DNA from: Octopus sinensis
Taxonomy: Eukaryota
DNA: 22,940 bases
Assembly (NCBI RefSeq): GCF_006345805.1
Contig: NW_021823749.1
Location: 1-22,940 of the forward strand
Direction: 5' to 3'
Under the pieces are notes generated by a model. The model ran no database searches. It saw only the letters and a list, made by a program, of their open reading frames with translations, and was not told the DNA's origin. Numbering within the stretch: position 1 is the first letter of the stretch; each line of letters begins with the position of its first letter. Below, piece after piece: positions 1-9,190 of the stretch. The position numbers and the translations under genes were made by a program.

Positions 1-93
1 TTGTTTGTTTTTCACAATGGCCGCCATTGCTGTTCCAACTACTGTTGTTTTATCGTCAACTAAGTCGTTGTAATTCTCGATATTTCTCTCAGC

Positions 94-157
94 GTTGTTG
101 TTGCTGTTGTTGTTGTTATTTTTATTGATGCCGTTGTTGTTGTTGTTGTTGTTGTTG
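94..157. repeat. (GTT)n imperfect trinucleotide microsatellite
   Basis: Direct reading: interrupted GTT runs. Confidence 0.9.
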
Positions 158-193
158 TAATTGCGACGACAGAAAGGGACAAAAGAAAAATAC

Positions 194-248
194 AAAATGG
201 AAGTAAATTTTGTTTCGACTTGCGGCCGCCATTTTCCCTTGGTTCCGG
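194..248. promoter_or_regulatory. Putative core-promoter motif cluster (YY1-like and ETS-like)
   Basis: GCCGCCATTTT at 225-235 (reverse AAAATGGCGGC, YY1 consensus), TTCCGG at 243-248 (ETS core) and AAAATGGAAGT at 194-204, in a locally CpG-richer region. Motif match only. Confidence 0.35.
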
Positions 249-276
249 TTTGCTAGTTTTCAGTCTCAGCTCTTCG

Positions 277-278
<2 letters not shown>

Positions 279-315
<37 letters not shown>

Positions 316-325
316 CTCTCTCTCT
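279..325. repeat. Compound (CA)n(CT)n microsatellite
   Basis: Direct reading. Confidence 0.95.
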
Positions 326-787
326 TTCTTTCTGCCCATTTCTGTCTATTCCGCCCCTTCTCCCTCTTTTCCTTATCATCCCTTACTCTGTTCTTCTCTG
401 CCTTTCATTGTCATCATGTCTCTTTCTTTCTCTCTCTCTTTTCTCGTTTCCTTTACAAACTTCCGTCAGTCGTTTCGAGATCCCCACCAATTCCCTCCCA
501 GGATCTTCCCAACGGTTGTTCATCCAGTCTCACCCCTGCCATATACTGCTTCCTCTTCTATCTTTCATTAGCACAAACCATCATCATCTTCATCAACATC
601 ATTAACATCCTCGTTTTCATCACCATCATCGCCTCTTCATCGTCATCATCATCATCAACATTCGCGTCATCATTATCGTCTTTGTCATCAATATACATGA
701 TCCTAATTAGTTAGTAAGATACATAAAATGACTGACCGTCCGTAGACGGTCCAACGTGCCCACCACCCATCACCCCCAAAAACCAAC

Positions 788-831
788 ATGCTGTACGTCA
801 CGGCCCTTCGGGCTAACAAACATGTTTATTT
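788..831 (+). other. Candidate end of a first exon with a consensus 5' splice site
   Basis: CCAACATG at 783-790, open frame MLYVTALRANKHVY, then GTAAGT at 832-837. No homology recognised. Confidence 0.2.
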
Positions 832-1055
832 GTAAGTGTGCTTTACTATCATTGCATGTATGTCTGTGTGTGTGTGTATATCTATACGTATACGCATGCG
901 TGTATAGTATTTGTGTGTGAGTATAAAATTATAGACAGCAGTGTGCAATGTTTTACCAAAAAGGAAAACTATAACTATCAAGAGATATGACAAGGGTGTG
1001 TGTGTGTGTGTCTAAACAGAGTAAAAGTCGTAGCCTCCTGAGATGGAAGCTGTTC

Positions 1056-1056
<1 letters not shown>

Positions 1057-1132
<76 letters not shown>

Positions 1133-1133
1133 A
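1057..1133. repeat. (TA)n microsatellite
   Basis: Direct reading. Confidence 0.95.
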
Positions 1134-1749
1134 ATCAGATATAGAGCCTCCATAAAGTAATTCAAATAATACTGAAACACATTATATAAATTTAAATATA
1201 TTATTATTAACGTTGTACTAAAATTTCTACGCATTAAAACGACTTTATTATTAATATCGTGCTAAAAATTTCTACACTCGATAATATACATTAAAAATAA
1301 ACATTAAAACGACGATGCGCGTTTCGTGACTAAGTACACGAATCTACAATATCAAAATCGATAGTCAAAAATTAATATTTTTTTTTATCCAACGATACAT
1401 AGCCACTCTTCAGGTCTCAAAATCAGAAAATAAATAAAACATCATAGATGAAGACGTTATAATTACATTATACTTTATAAATAATTGATAAAATTTAACA
1501 ATATCAAAGAAAAGTATGTGTATCACTTATCTTTTTGATGAGCACCAGTCCACTCCGCAAATTAAAGATGGTTACCGAACTTACGTTCTCTATTTATATG
1601 ATTTCCCATGCAAGGGAGAAAATTCTTATTTATTGAATACCAGTACTAAAGAAATAGTATCCTCTATTTAAGATTTCCGGGGTAGGGGAGATAATTATAA
1701 AAATACTTCAAATATAAGAATAGTAAAAATAGCAAAAAATATATTACTC

Positions 1750-2147
1750 TTTTTCTCTTTTACTTGTTTCAGTCATTTGACTGCGGCCATGCTGGAGCAC
1801 CGCCTTTAGTCGAGCAAATCGACCCCGGGACTTATTCTTTGTAAGCCCAGTACTTATTCTATCGGTCTCTTTTGCCAAACCGCTAAGTGATGGGTACGTA
1901 AACACACCAGCATCGGTTGTCAAGCAATGCTAGGGGGGCAAACACAGACACACAAACATATACACACACACTTATATACATATACATATATACGACAGGC
2001 TTCTTTCAGTTTCCGTCTACCAAATCCACTCACAAGGCATTGGTTGGCCCGGGGCTATAGCAGAAAACACTTGCCCAAGATGCCACGCTGTGGGACTGAA
2101 CCCGGAACCATGTGGTTGGTTAGCAAGCTACTTACCACACAGCCACT
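1750..2147 (-). mobile_element. tRNA-derived SINE, family A, near full length
   Basis: Minus strand starts AGTGGCTGTGTGGTAAG (A box TGGCTGTGTGG, B-box-like GGTTCAGTCCC), then CTTGGGCAAGTG (CORE-like), an internal (CA/TA)n at ~1945-1992, and a 3' end GACTGAAACAAGTAAAAGAG. Homologous to 3235-3291 and 18240-18492. Confidence 0.9.
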
Positions 2148-2550
2148 TCTATATGAAAGAAAAAAATTAATTTCCGTGGTTAATTTATTTAGATAAATAA
2201 GTAGATAGAATTTACTGGATTTTATGAAAAGTAAAAACGTTATTTATCTTATTTATGTTAGTTAAATTGAATTTTATACGTTAAACTAAAAATTAAACTT
2301 ATAAAATTTATAATTTACAAATTTGGAATTATAATTATACTAGACTAAAATTATACTAAAACCATGTTAAAAATTAACTAGAATTTTATTGTTACAAGAA
2401 TTCTGTAACATTAAATCAATACGTAAATAATAGTTTTAGGACTGATAAGTAGAAATATGTATTATAACGTTGCAATTTTAAGTTTTAATCGTTAAAGTAA
2501 AATTTGGCGTTGCAAAAAAATACTATTAATAATAGATCTGATGTAAATTA

Positions 2551-2586
2551 TTACTACAGATATTACTACAGATATTACTACAGATA
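2551..2586. repeat. Three perfect copies of the 12-mer TTACTACAGATA
   Basis: Direct reading. Confidence 0.95.
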
Positions 2587-2639
2587 TTATTATTAAAAAA
2601 TAACAGATAATCGTGATGTAATATAGCATTTACTGGGGA

Positions 2640-2969
2640 GTGAGACCCCCTTCGGTCATGACTGACCGTGGGATTGCACCTAGAAAGTTACCCTCCCAGG
2701 CACAAGTCCGGGCAAGGTTGTTTATGGAAGACCAGCAGTCGCCCATGCATACCAGTCTCTCCTATATACACCACTGATGTTATCCAAGGGAAAGGGAAAG
2801 GGGCCGATACAGCTTGGTACCTGTGATGTCACAACTCATTTCTACAACTGAGTGAACTGGAGCAACGTGAAATAAAGTATCTTGCTCAAGAACATAACAC
2901 TCGGTGCGGGATTCCAACTCACAACCTCACGATCGTAAGCTCGACGCTCTAACCACTGAGCCATGCGCC
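2640..2969 (-). mobile_element. tRNA-derived SINE, family D
   Basis: Minus strand GGCGCATGGCTCAGTGGTTAGAGCG (A box), degenerate B box GAGTTGGAATCCC, CORE-like TTCTTGAGCAAGATACTT, non-tRNA body ending near GACCGAAGGGGGTCTC. Confidence 0.85.
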
Positions 2970-3234
2970 TGAATTTATATTTATGTAAAACTCAAACTTT
3001 ATGCAAAATCCCTAGAATAAGCTTAGTGTCCCCTAATTGTTATATATTCACCAATCTATTTGTTTATATTCATATATAATTAGCCACTTTGTTAAGCCAT
3101 ATTCTAGTAATGTACGTAGCCTGCATAATCTACAGCTATAATATCCTCATTATACTATCACTAAATTACTAATTTTGACTATACAATTAGTAATTTAAAT
3201 TAGTGTTAATATGTATTCAAAATTATTTAAACTT

Positions 3235-3291
3235 AACCCGGAACCATGTGGTTGGTAAGCAAGCTACTTACCACACAAGCACTCCTGCGCC
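3235..3291 (-). mobile_element. Head-only fragment of SINE family A
   Basis: Minus strand GGCGCAGGAGTGCTTGTGTGGTAAGTAGCTTGC...CACATGGTTCCGGGTT matches the family A head; no body follows. Confidence 0.85.
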
Positions 3292-3626
3292 TATATATAC
3301 AAACGACCGACCAATAATACTATATTTGTTCCACGTCTTCGTGTTGTTGTTGTTTTCTCTTTGTGTTTTCATGTTTGGATTAACTATACATACATATATA
3401 CGCGGAGTAGATGAAACCATGGTGACTGAAGAAGGGGAATTTTCCTTGTGTTATTTGTCCTGTACTCTATTTTTTCGTTGTTTAAGAAAAATGTCCAGTT
3501 CCTTGGTTTTGTGTTTATGTTTTCGTTTCTCATTGTGTTCGACGTTTTTTTTTTTGGTGTCCTGTACCCATATATGCATGTATATATACATGTAGATGTA
3601 AGTACGTACATATATGTATGTATATA

Positions 3627-4041
3627 AGGCGGCGAGCAGGCAGAAACGTTAGCACGCCGGGTGAAATGCGTGGCCGTATTTCGTCTGCCGTTACGTTCTG
3701 AGTTCAAATTCCGCCTAGGTCGACTTTGCCTTTCATCCTTTCGGGGTCGATAAATTAAGTACCAGTTGCGCACTGGGGTCGATGTAATCGACTTAATCCG
3801 TTTGTCTGTCCTTGTTTGTCCTCTCTGTGTTTAGCCCCTTGTGGGTAATAAAGATATAGGTATTTCGTCTGTCGCTAGGTTCTGAGTTCAAATTCCGCAG
3901 GGGTCGACTTTACCTTTCATCCTTTTGGGATCGATAAATTAAGTACCAGTTGCGCACTGGGGTCGATGTAATCGACTTAATCCGTTTGTCTGTCCTTGTT
4001 TGTCCCCTCTGTGTTTAGCCCCTTGCGGGTAGTAAAGAAAT
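3627..4041 (+). mobile_element. SINE family B: head plus two tandem 184-bp body units, 17-bp TSD
   Basis: AGGCGGCGAGCAGGCAGAAACG head; B box GAGTTCAAATTCC in each unit; unit starts GTATTT at 3676 and 3860; ATATATGTATGTATATA at 3610-3626 and 4042-4058. Confidence 0.9.
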
Positions 4042-4111
4042 ATATATGTATGTATATATGCATATGTTTTATTTATTAATTTGTTATTACACGACAGATC
4101 GCACGCATCAA

Positions 4112-4156
<45 letters not shown>

Positions 4157-4361
4157 CAATATAGGGTAGCAAAAAATTCAAGAAAAATATTCAAGAAAAA
4201 TTTTCTGCAACCAGCGAGGAAATAGAAATAGTCACAGACTATATAATATATTCAAACAAAAGTATTAATTTAATTAAGTTCGATTGCGTAAAAATTGTTG
4301 AAACCTTGCAGGGTACAAAGTTGAAAGGAATAAATGTTTTTATTTCTCCTTTAGCTTTCAG

Positions 4362-4406
4362 AATTACTACTACTTTTGCGGTTTTGAGTTTGGCTGCTCT
4401 TTTCAA
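4362..4406 (+). other. Candidate 45-bp microexon (alternative acceptor gives 4355-4406)
   Basis: Pyrimidine tract TTTTTATTTCTCCTTTAG ending 4354, second AG ending 4361, donor GTGAGT at 4407-4412; two frames open. Confidence 0.25.
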
Positions 4407-4449
4407 GTGAGTTGAACGACCTGTAAGGGTCTTTCCTTAATACTTTTGT

Positions 4450-4484
<35 letters not shown>

Positions 4485-4684
4485 CTGTGAGTGTGTGTGT
4501 GTGTGTGTACACACAGGCATGTATGTATGAATGTAAATCGCAGTCAATCACCTTCTATCGACCTGCCCACTTATCTATCATCGTCAATCTGTTTCTAATA
4601 ATTGTACACGTACATACAACACACACACACACACACACACACATGTCCACACACACACATGTCCACACTCAACCGATGACCGAT

Positions 4685-4725
4685 CTACCACCACCACCAC
4701 CACCACCACCACCACCACTACCACC
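4685..4725. repeat. (CCA)n trinucleotide tract
   Basis: Direct reading. Confidence 0.9.
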
Positions 4726-4949
4726 GATGGTCATCTTGCTTCCTCGCCCTACCGCCACCTTCTAACCCCCAGTGTCCGGTCATAAACCCTCACGCCATTA
4801 ACTGGACATCAACGGCGAACTGACGAGATCGCGTAGAGTGGCGAACCCGTTGTTTTATGGAGCAAAAACGGGGCCAAGATTGGAAACTTTCGGTTTGCGT
4901 ATGGGGGGGTGTATGGGGAGTTGAGGTAGGGCGTTCAGCACGTGCACGC

Positions 4950-5805
4950 GTGTGTGTGTGTGTGTAGAATGTGTTGCTTGTGTGTGGGTTGTATTATGTA
5001 AGTGTAGGTGTGTGTGTAGAATGTATTGCGTATGTGCGTGCGTTGGATGTATCATGCATGTACGTGTCTATGTATGCGTGTGTGTGTGTGTGTGTGTGTG
5101 TGAGTGTGTGTAGAATGTATTGTGTTTGCTTGTGTGTATGTGTGTGTGTGTAGAATGTTTTGTGTGTGCGTCGGATGTATCATGCATGTACGTGTCTATG
5201 TATGCGTGTGTGTGTGTGTGTGTGTGTGTGAGTGTGTGTAGAATGTATTGTGTTTGCTTGTGTGTATGTGTGTGTGTGTAGAATGTTTTGTGTGTGCGTC
5301 GGATGTATCATGCATGTACGTGTCTATGTAGGCGTGTGTGTGTGTGTGTGTGTGAGTGTGTGTAGAATGTATTGTGTTTGCTTGTGTGTATGTGTGTGTG
5401 TGTAGAATGTTTTGTGTGTGCGTCGGATGTATCATGCATGTACGTGTCTATGTATGCGTGTGTGTGTGTGTGTGTGTGTGAGTGTGTGTAGAATGTATTG
5501 TGTTTGCTTGTGTGTATGCGTGCGTGTGTGTGTGTGTGTGTATGTGCGAGAGATATATCATATATGTTATGTGTGTGTCTGAGAGAGAGGGAGAAGAGGC
5601 AGAGACGGGGAGAGGGAGAGAGAGAGAGAGAGAGAGAGAGGATGTGTGAAAGAGTTTGTGCAAGCGTGTGTGTGTGTGTGTGTATGAGTGTGTATGTGTG
5701 TGTGTGTGTGTGTATGCATCTATGTCTGCATGCGTGTGAGTGTTTCAATCAGGTTTTCACCTATGCGTGGAAGAAGAGTGTGTGTGTATGTGTTTATGTG
5801 AGTGC

Positions 5806-5845
<40 letters not shown>

Positions 5846-6120
5846 GTGTGTATGGGGGGGGGTGTTTGTGCGTGAGAGATAGGATATGTTTCTGAGTATG
5901 TAAGAGAGAGAAAGTGTTGATGCGTACATATTTTATTACGAGTGTGTGTGTGTATGTGTGTATGTGTGTGTGTGTAGTGTGTTATGTGTGTGTGTGTGTG
6001 TATGTGACCCTTATAAAGGGACAGTAAGAAAATCAAATTATATCCATGTATATGTGTGTATGCCTACAGATGTTTTATGTGAATATGTGTACGCATACAC
6101 ACGTGTCCGCACACGTACAT

Positions 6121-6151
<31 letters not shown>

Positions 6152-6526
6152 CATATATGTGTATGAGTTGTGTGTGTGTGTACATACATTGACATATACC
6201 CAGGTATATATACTCAGTAACGCACAAATACATTAATAATCATACACCCATATATATATACACACACACACACAAAACTCACGTACACATAACGCATACA
6301 TACATACATACATACACACACACACACCACACACACACATATATATAAGACATATTGATATATATACATGCAAAGACATGCATACAGACACACACACCAT
6401 ATATAACGCATTCTTAAATACACACACACATACACACACATATACACATAAACACACACACATACGCACGTATATGAATGCTCATAGTAATGATTATCAC
6501 TATTTGTAAATTGTGTGTGTATGAGT

Positions 6527-6571
<45 letters not shown>

Positions 6572-6610
6572 TCAAGAGGTTTGTGTGTTTGTGAGCGGTC
6601 ACGTACGTTA

Positions 6611-6650
<40 letters not shown>
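4950..6650. repeat. (TG)n/(GA)n/(CA)n-rich low-complexity block
   Basis: Direct reading; source of the VC/TH-rich ORFs in the track. Confidence 0.85.
5045..5540. repeat. ~128-bp minisatellite, about 4 copies
   Basis: Anchor GGATGTATCATGCATGTACG at 5045, 5173, 5301 and 5425 (spacing 128, 128, 124). Confidence 0.9.
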
Positions 6651-6777
6651 ATTTGTTTATGTTTTCAAGTTTAGTTTAAGCGGTCACTGACCACTGTCCA
6701 GAGAGCGGACGGCCTGGGCACGTGGTCAAGACACTACAAAAGAAAATTAATAAAAGAAAGGGAAAAGGGCACGTCCG

Positions 6778-6823
<46 letters not shown>

Positions 6824-6970
6824 TTGAGTTTGTTTGAGTGAAAATAAGTGTGCGGGACGGTAAGGGGTTTGGCCGTAGGATTTTCGGACAATGAATAGAC
6901 TGAGCAGTGAAATGTGTCTGGTGATGGGGTAGGGTGGGGTGAGGGTGGAATATTATTTGTGAAGATTGTT

Positions 6971-7180
6971 GCTAACAGAATCGTTAACACGCCGGAGAAA
7001 CTGTTTAGTAGCATTTCATCCGGCGTCACTGAGTTCTAAGTTCAAATTTCCGCCAAGGTCGATTTTGCCTTTCATTCTTTCGGGGTCGACTAAATAAGTA
7101 CCAGCCTAGTACTAGGAGTTGATATTATCAACAAGACCCCACAAATTTCAGGTTGTGAGCCTGTTATACTAAATATTATT
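6971..7180 (+). mobile_element. Diverged SINE family B copy with the alternative ('type-2') 3' tail
   Basis: CAGAATCGTTAACACGCCGG, AAGTTCAAATTTCC, GGTCGATTTTGCCTTTCATTCTTTCGGGGTCGAC; tail CCCCACAAATTTCAGG...ATATTATT resembles the tails at 12740, 12960 and 13160. Confidence 0.8.
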
Positions 7181-7182
7181 GA

Positions 7183-8130
7183 AGGCACTGAGCAGGCAAA
7201 ACCGTTAGCGCGCCGGGCGAAATGCTTAGCTGTCTTTCTGTTCTGAGTTCAAATTCCGCCGAGGTCGACTTTGCCTTTTATCCTTTCGGGGTCGATAAAT
7301 TAAGTACCAGTTGCGCACTGGGGTCGATATAATCGACTTAATACCTATGTCTGTCCATGTTTGTCTCCTCTATGTTTAGCCCCTTGTGGGTAATAAAGAA
7401 ATAGGTATTTCGTCTGCCGCTACGTTCTGAGTTCAAATTCCGCCGATGTCGACTTTGCCTTTCATCCTTTCGGGGTCGATTAAATAAGTACCAGTTACGC
7501 ACTGGCGTCGATATAATCGACTTAATCCGTTTGTCCTTGTTTGTCTCCTCTATGTTTAGCCCCTTGTGGGTAATAAAGAAATAGGTATTTCGTCTGTCTT
7601 TCCGTTCTGAGTTCAAATTCCGCCGATGTCGACTTTGCCTTTCATCCTTTCGGGGTCGATTAAATAAGTACCAGTTACGCACTGGCGTCGATATAATCGA
7701 CTTAATCCGTTTGTCCTTGTTTGTCTCCTCTATGTTTAGCCCCTTGTGGGTAATAAAGAAATAGGTATGTCGTCTGTCTTTCCGTTCAGAGTTCAAATTC
7801 CGCCGAGGTCGACTTTGCCTTTCATCCTTTCGGGGTCGATGAAATAAGTACCAGTTAAGCACTGGGGTCGATATAATCGACTTAATACCTATGTCTGTCC
7901 ATGTTTGTCTCCTCTATGTTTAGCCCCTTGTGGGTAATAAAGAAATAGGTATTTCGTCTGTCTTTCCGTTCTGAGTTCAAATTCCGCCGATGTCGACTTT
8001 GCCTTTCATCCTTTCGGGGTCGATTAAATAAGTACCAGTTATGCACTGGGGTCGATATAATCGACTTAATCCGTTTGTCCTTGTTTGTCCTCTCTGTGTT
8101 TAGCCCCTTGTGGGCAGTAAAGAAATAGGT
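7183..8130 (+). mobile_element. SINE family B: head plus five tandem 180/184-bp body units
   Basis: Head at 7183; unit starts GTAT(T/G)T at 7405, 7585, 7765 and 7949 (periods 180, 180, 184); ends AAAGAAATAGGT at 8130. Confidence 0.92.
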
Positions 8131-8458
8131 CTGATCTTTCCTTGAAATACCTCGTTGAACTCCTTGTTTTATTCTCGAGAGACAGCTCATGAGGGACCCT
8201 CATCCCTAATCAAGGCTCCGTGCCTCGCAGCGGGGCCTGGCTCAATGCGGTGCCATCACTCGCAAATGGTTTTACTAGACGGCTACTGTCTGAACATCGG
8301 CGTTTCTCTGAGGCTTCGTTTCCAGGTCTGTAAACCTCATGAGTGTCGCTGTGGAACGATTGTGGCTTTCTTCGGCCTCCACCCACTGTCATGCCGTCAC
8401 AGTGCAGGCCGTTTTCCATACCGCGCCGCCCTTAACAAGATCACAAGGTATAGATACC

Positions 8459-8678
8459 TATTTCTTTATTACCCACAAGGGGCTAAACACAGAGGGGACA
8501 AACAAGGACAGACATAGGTATTAAGTCGATTACATCGACCCCAATGCGTAACTGGTACTTAATTTATCGACCTCGAAAGAATGAAAGGCAAAGTCGACCT
8601 CGGCGGAATTTGAACTCACAACGTAATACTGCTAAGTATTTTGCCCGGCGTGCTAACGACTCTGCCAGCTCGCCGCCT
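8459..8678 (-). mobile_element. SINE family B monomer inserted in the CRE-like fossil, 12-bp TSD
   Basis: Minus strand AGGCGGCGAGCTGGCAGAGTCG...AAAGAAATA; GGTATAGATACC at 8447-8458 and 8679-8690. Removing the insert and one TSD copy restores the frame ITRYRYRRFPWLEP. Confidence 0.93.
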
Positions 8679-9008
8679 GGTATAGATACCGTAGGTTTCC
8701 CTGGCTCGAGCCAACGGGGCAAGACCGAGGGAACGGTAGAAGGCTTGACGCTATGACAATTTTCCAGTTTCGTGGTTGTAGGCCCCTTATCTGGGATGGC
8801 ACATACTGTGACGCCTTCTCTAGCGTCACCTTTGTGTATTCAGCTACCAAGCCATGTTCTGCTGCTCGTCGGACTGAGAAAAAAACTCTCAAGGTATCGG
8901 CCGTGCTCTGACAGGTCTATGGTTCAGCCTGTGGCACTTCTTGGGCCCCGGACCATATCCCTGCGTACCGGAATAAAAACGGTGATTGCTGACTGCTAGT
9001 GCGAACCC

Positions 9009-9087
9009 TAGGACTACACAGCCACAGATAGGACTACACAGCAACAGATAGGACTACACAGCCACAGATAGGACTACACAGCCACAG
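9009..9087 (+). repeat. Four copies of the 20-mer TAGGACTACACAGCCACAGA
   Basis: Units start at 9009, 9029, 9049 and 9069; one substitution in copy 2; last copy 19 bp. Confidence 0.95.
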
Positions 9088-9190
9088 CAGGAAATGTATC
9101 AGGATATGAAATATAAAAGCCGGACTAGACTATAAAAAAAAAAAAAAAAAAGCGCAACTCCATTGTCTCCCGAGACAGAAAGGATGCCAA
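9011..9190 (+). mobile_element. 5'-truncated 3' stub of an RTE-clade (BovB-like) LINE, 14-bp TSD
   Basis: TAGTGCGAACCCTA at 8997-9010 and 9191-9204. 9068-9109 encodes IGLHSHSRKCIRI*, resembling the RTE C-terminal RIGLxSHxRxC motif. The 3' end CCATTGTCTCCCGAGACAGAAAGGATGCCAA with a stem-loop resembles RTE termini as I recall them. Confidence 0.75.

Noticed and set aside
1585-1645. Minus-strand 61-bp candidate exon (TTTCTTTAG...GTAAGT)
   Set aside because: Isolated signal in AT-rich DNA with no recognisable product; expected by chance at this scale.
1927-2196. ORF ending GTMWLVSKLLTTQP (similar at 18410-18637)
   Set aside because: Antisense reading of the SINE A head.
4950-6650. VC/TH-repeat ORFs here and at 11085-12194 and 18243-19224
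   Set aside because: Translations of dinucleotide and tetranucleotide repeats.
7183-8130. CRISPR-like or retrozyme-like (hammerhead) reading of the tandem array
   Set aside because: Units are fully homologous with no unique spacers, the context is eukaryotic, and I found no CTGANGA...GAAA core on either strand by eye.
7338-8190. Repetitive minus-strand ORFs (RPRKDERQSRPRRNLNSER...), also 3384-3773
   Set aside because: Antisense translations of SINE B units.
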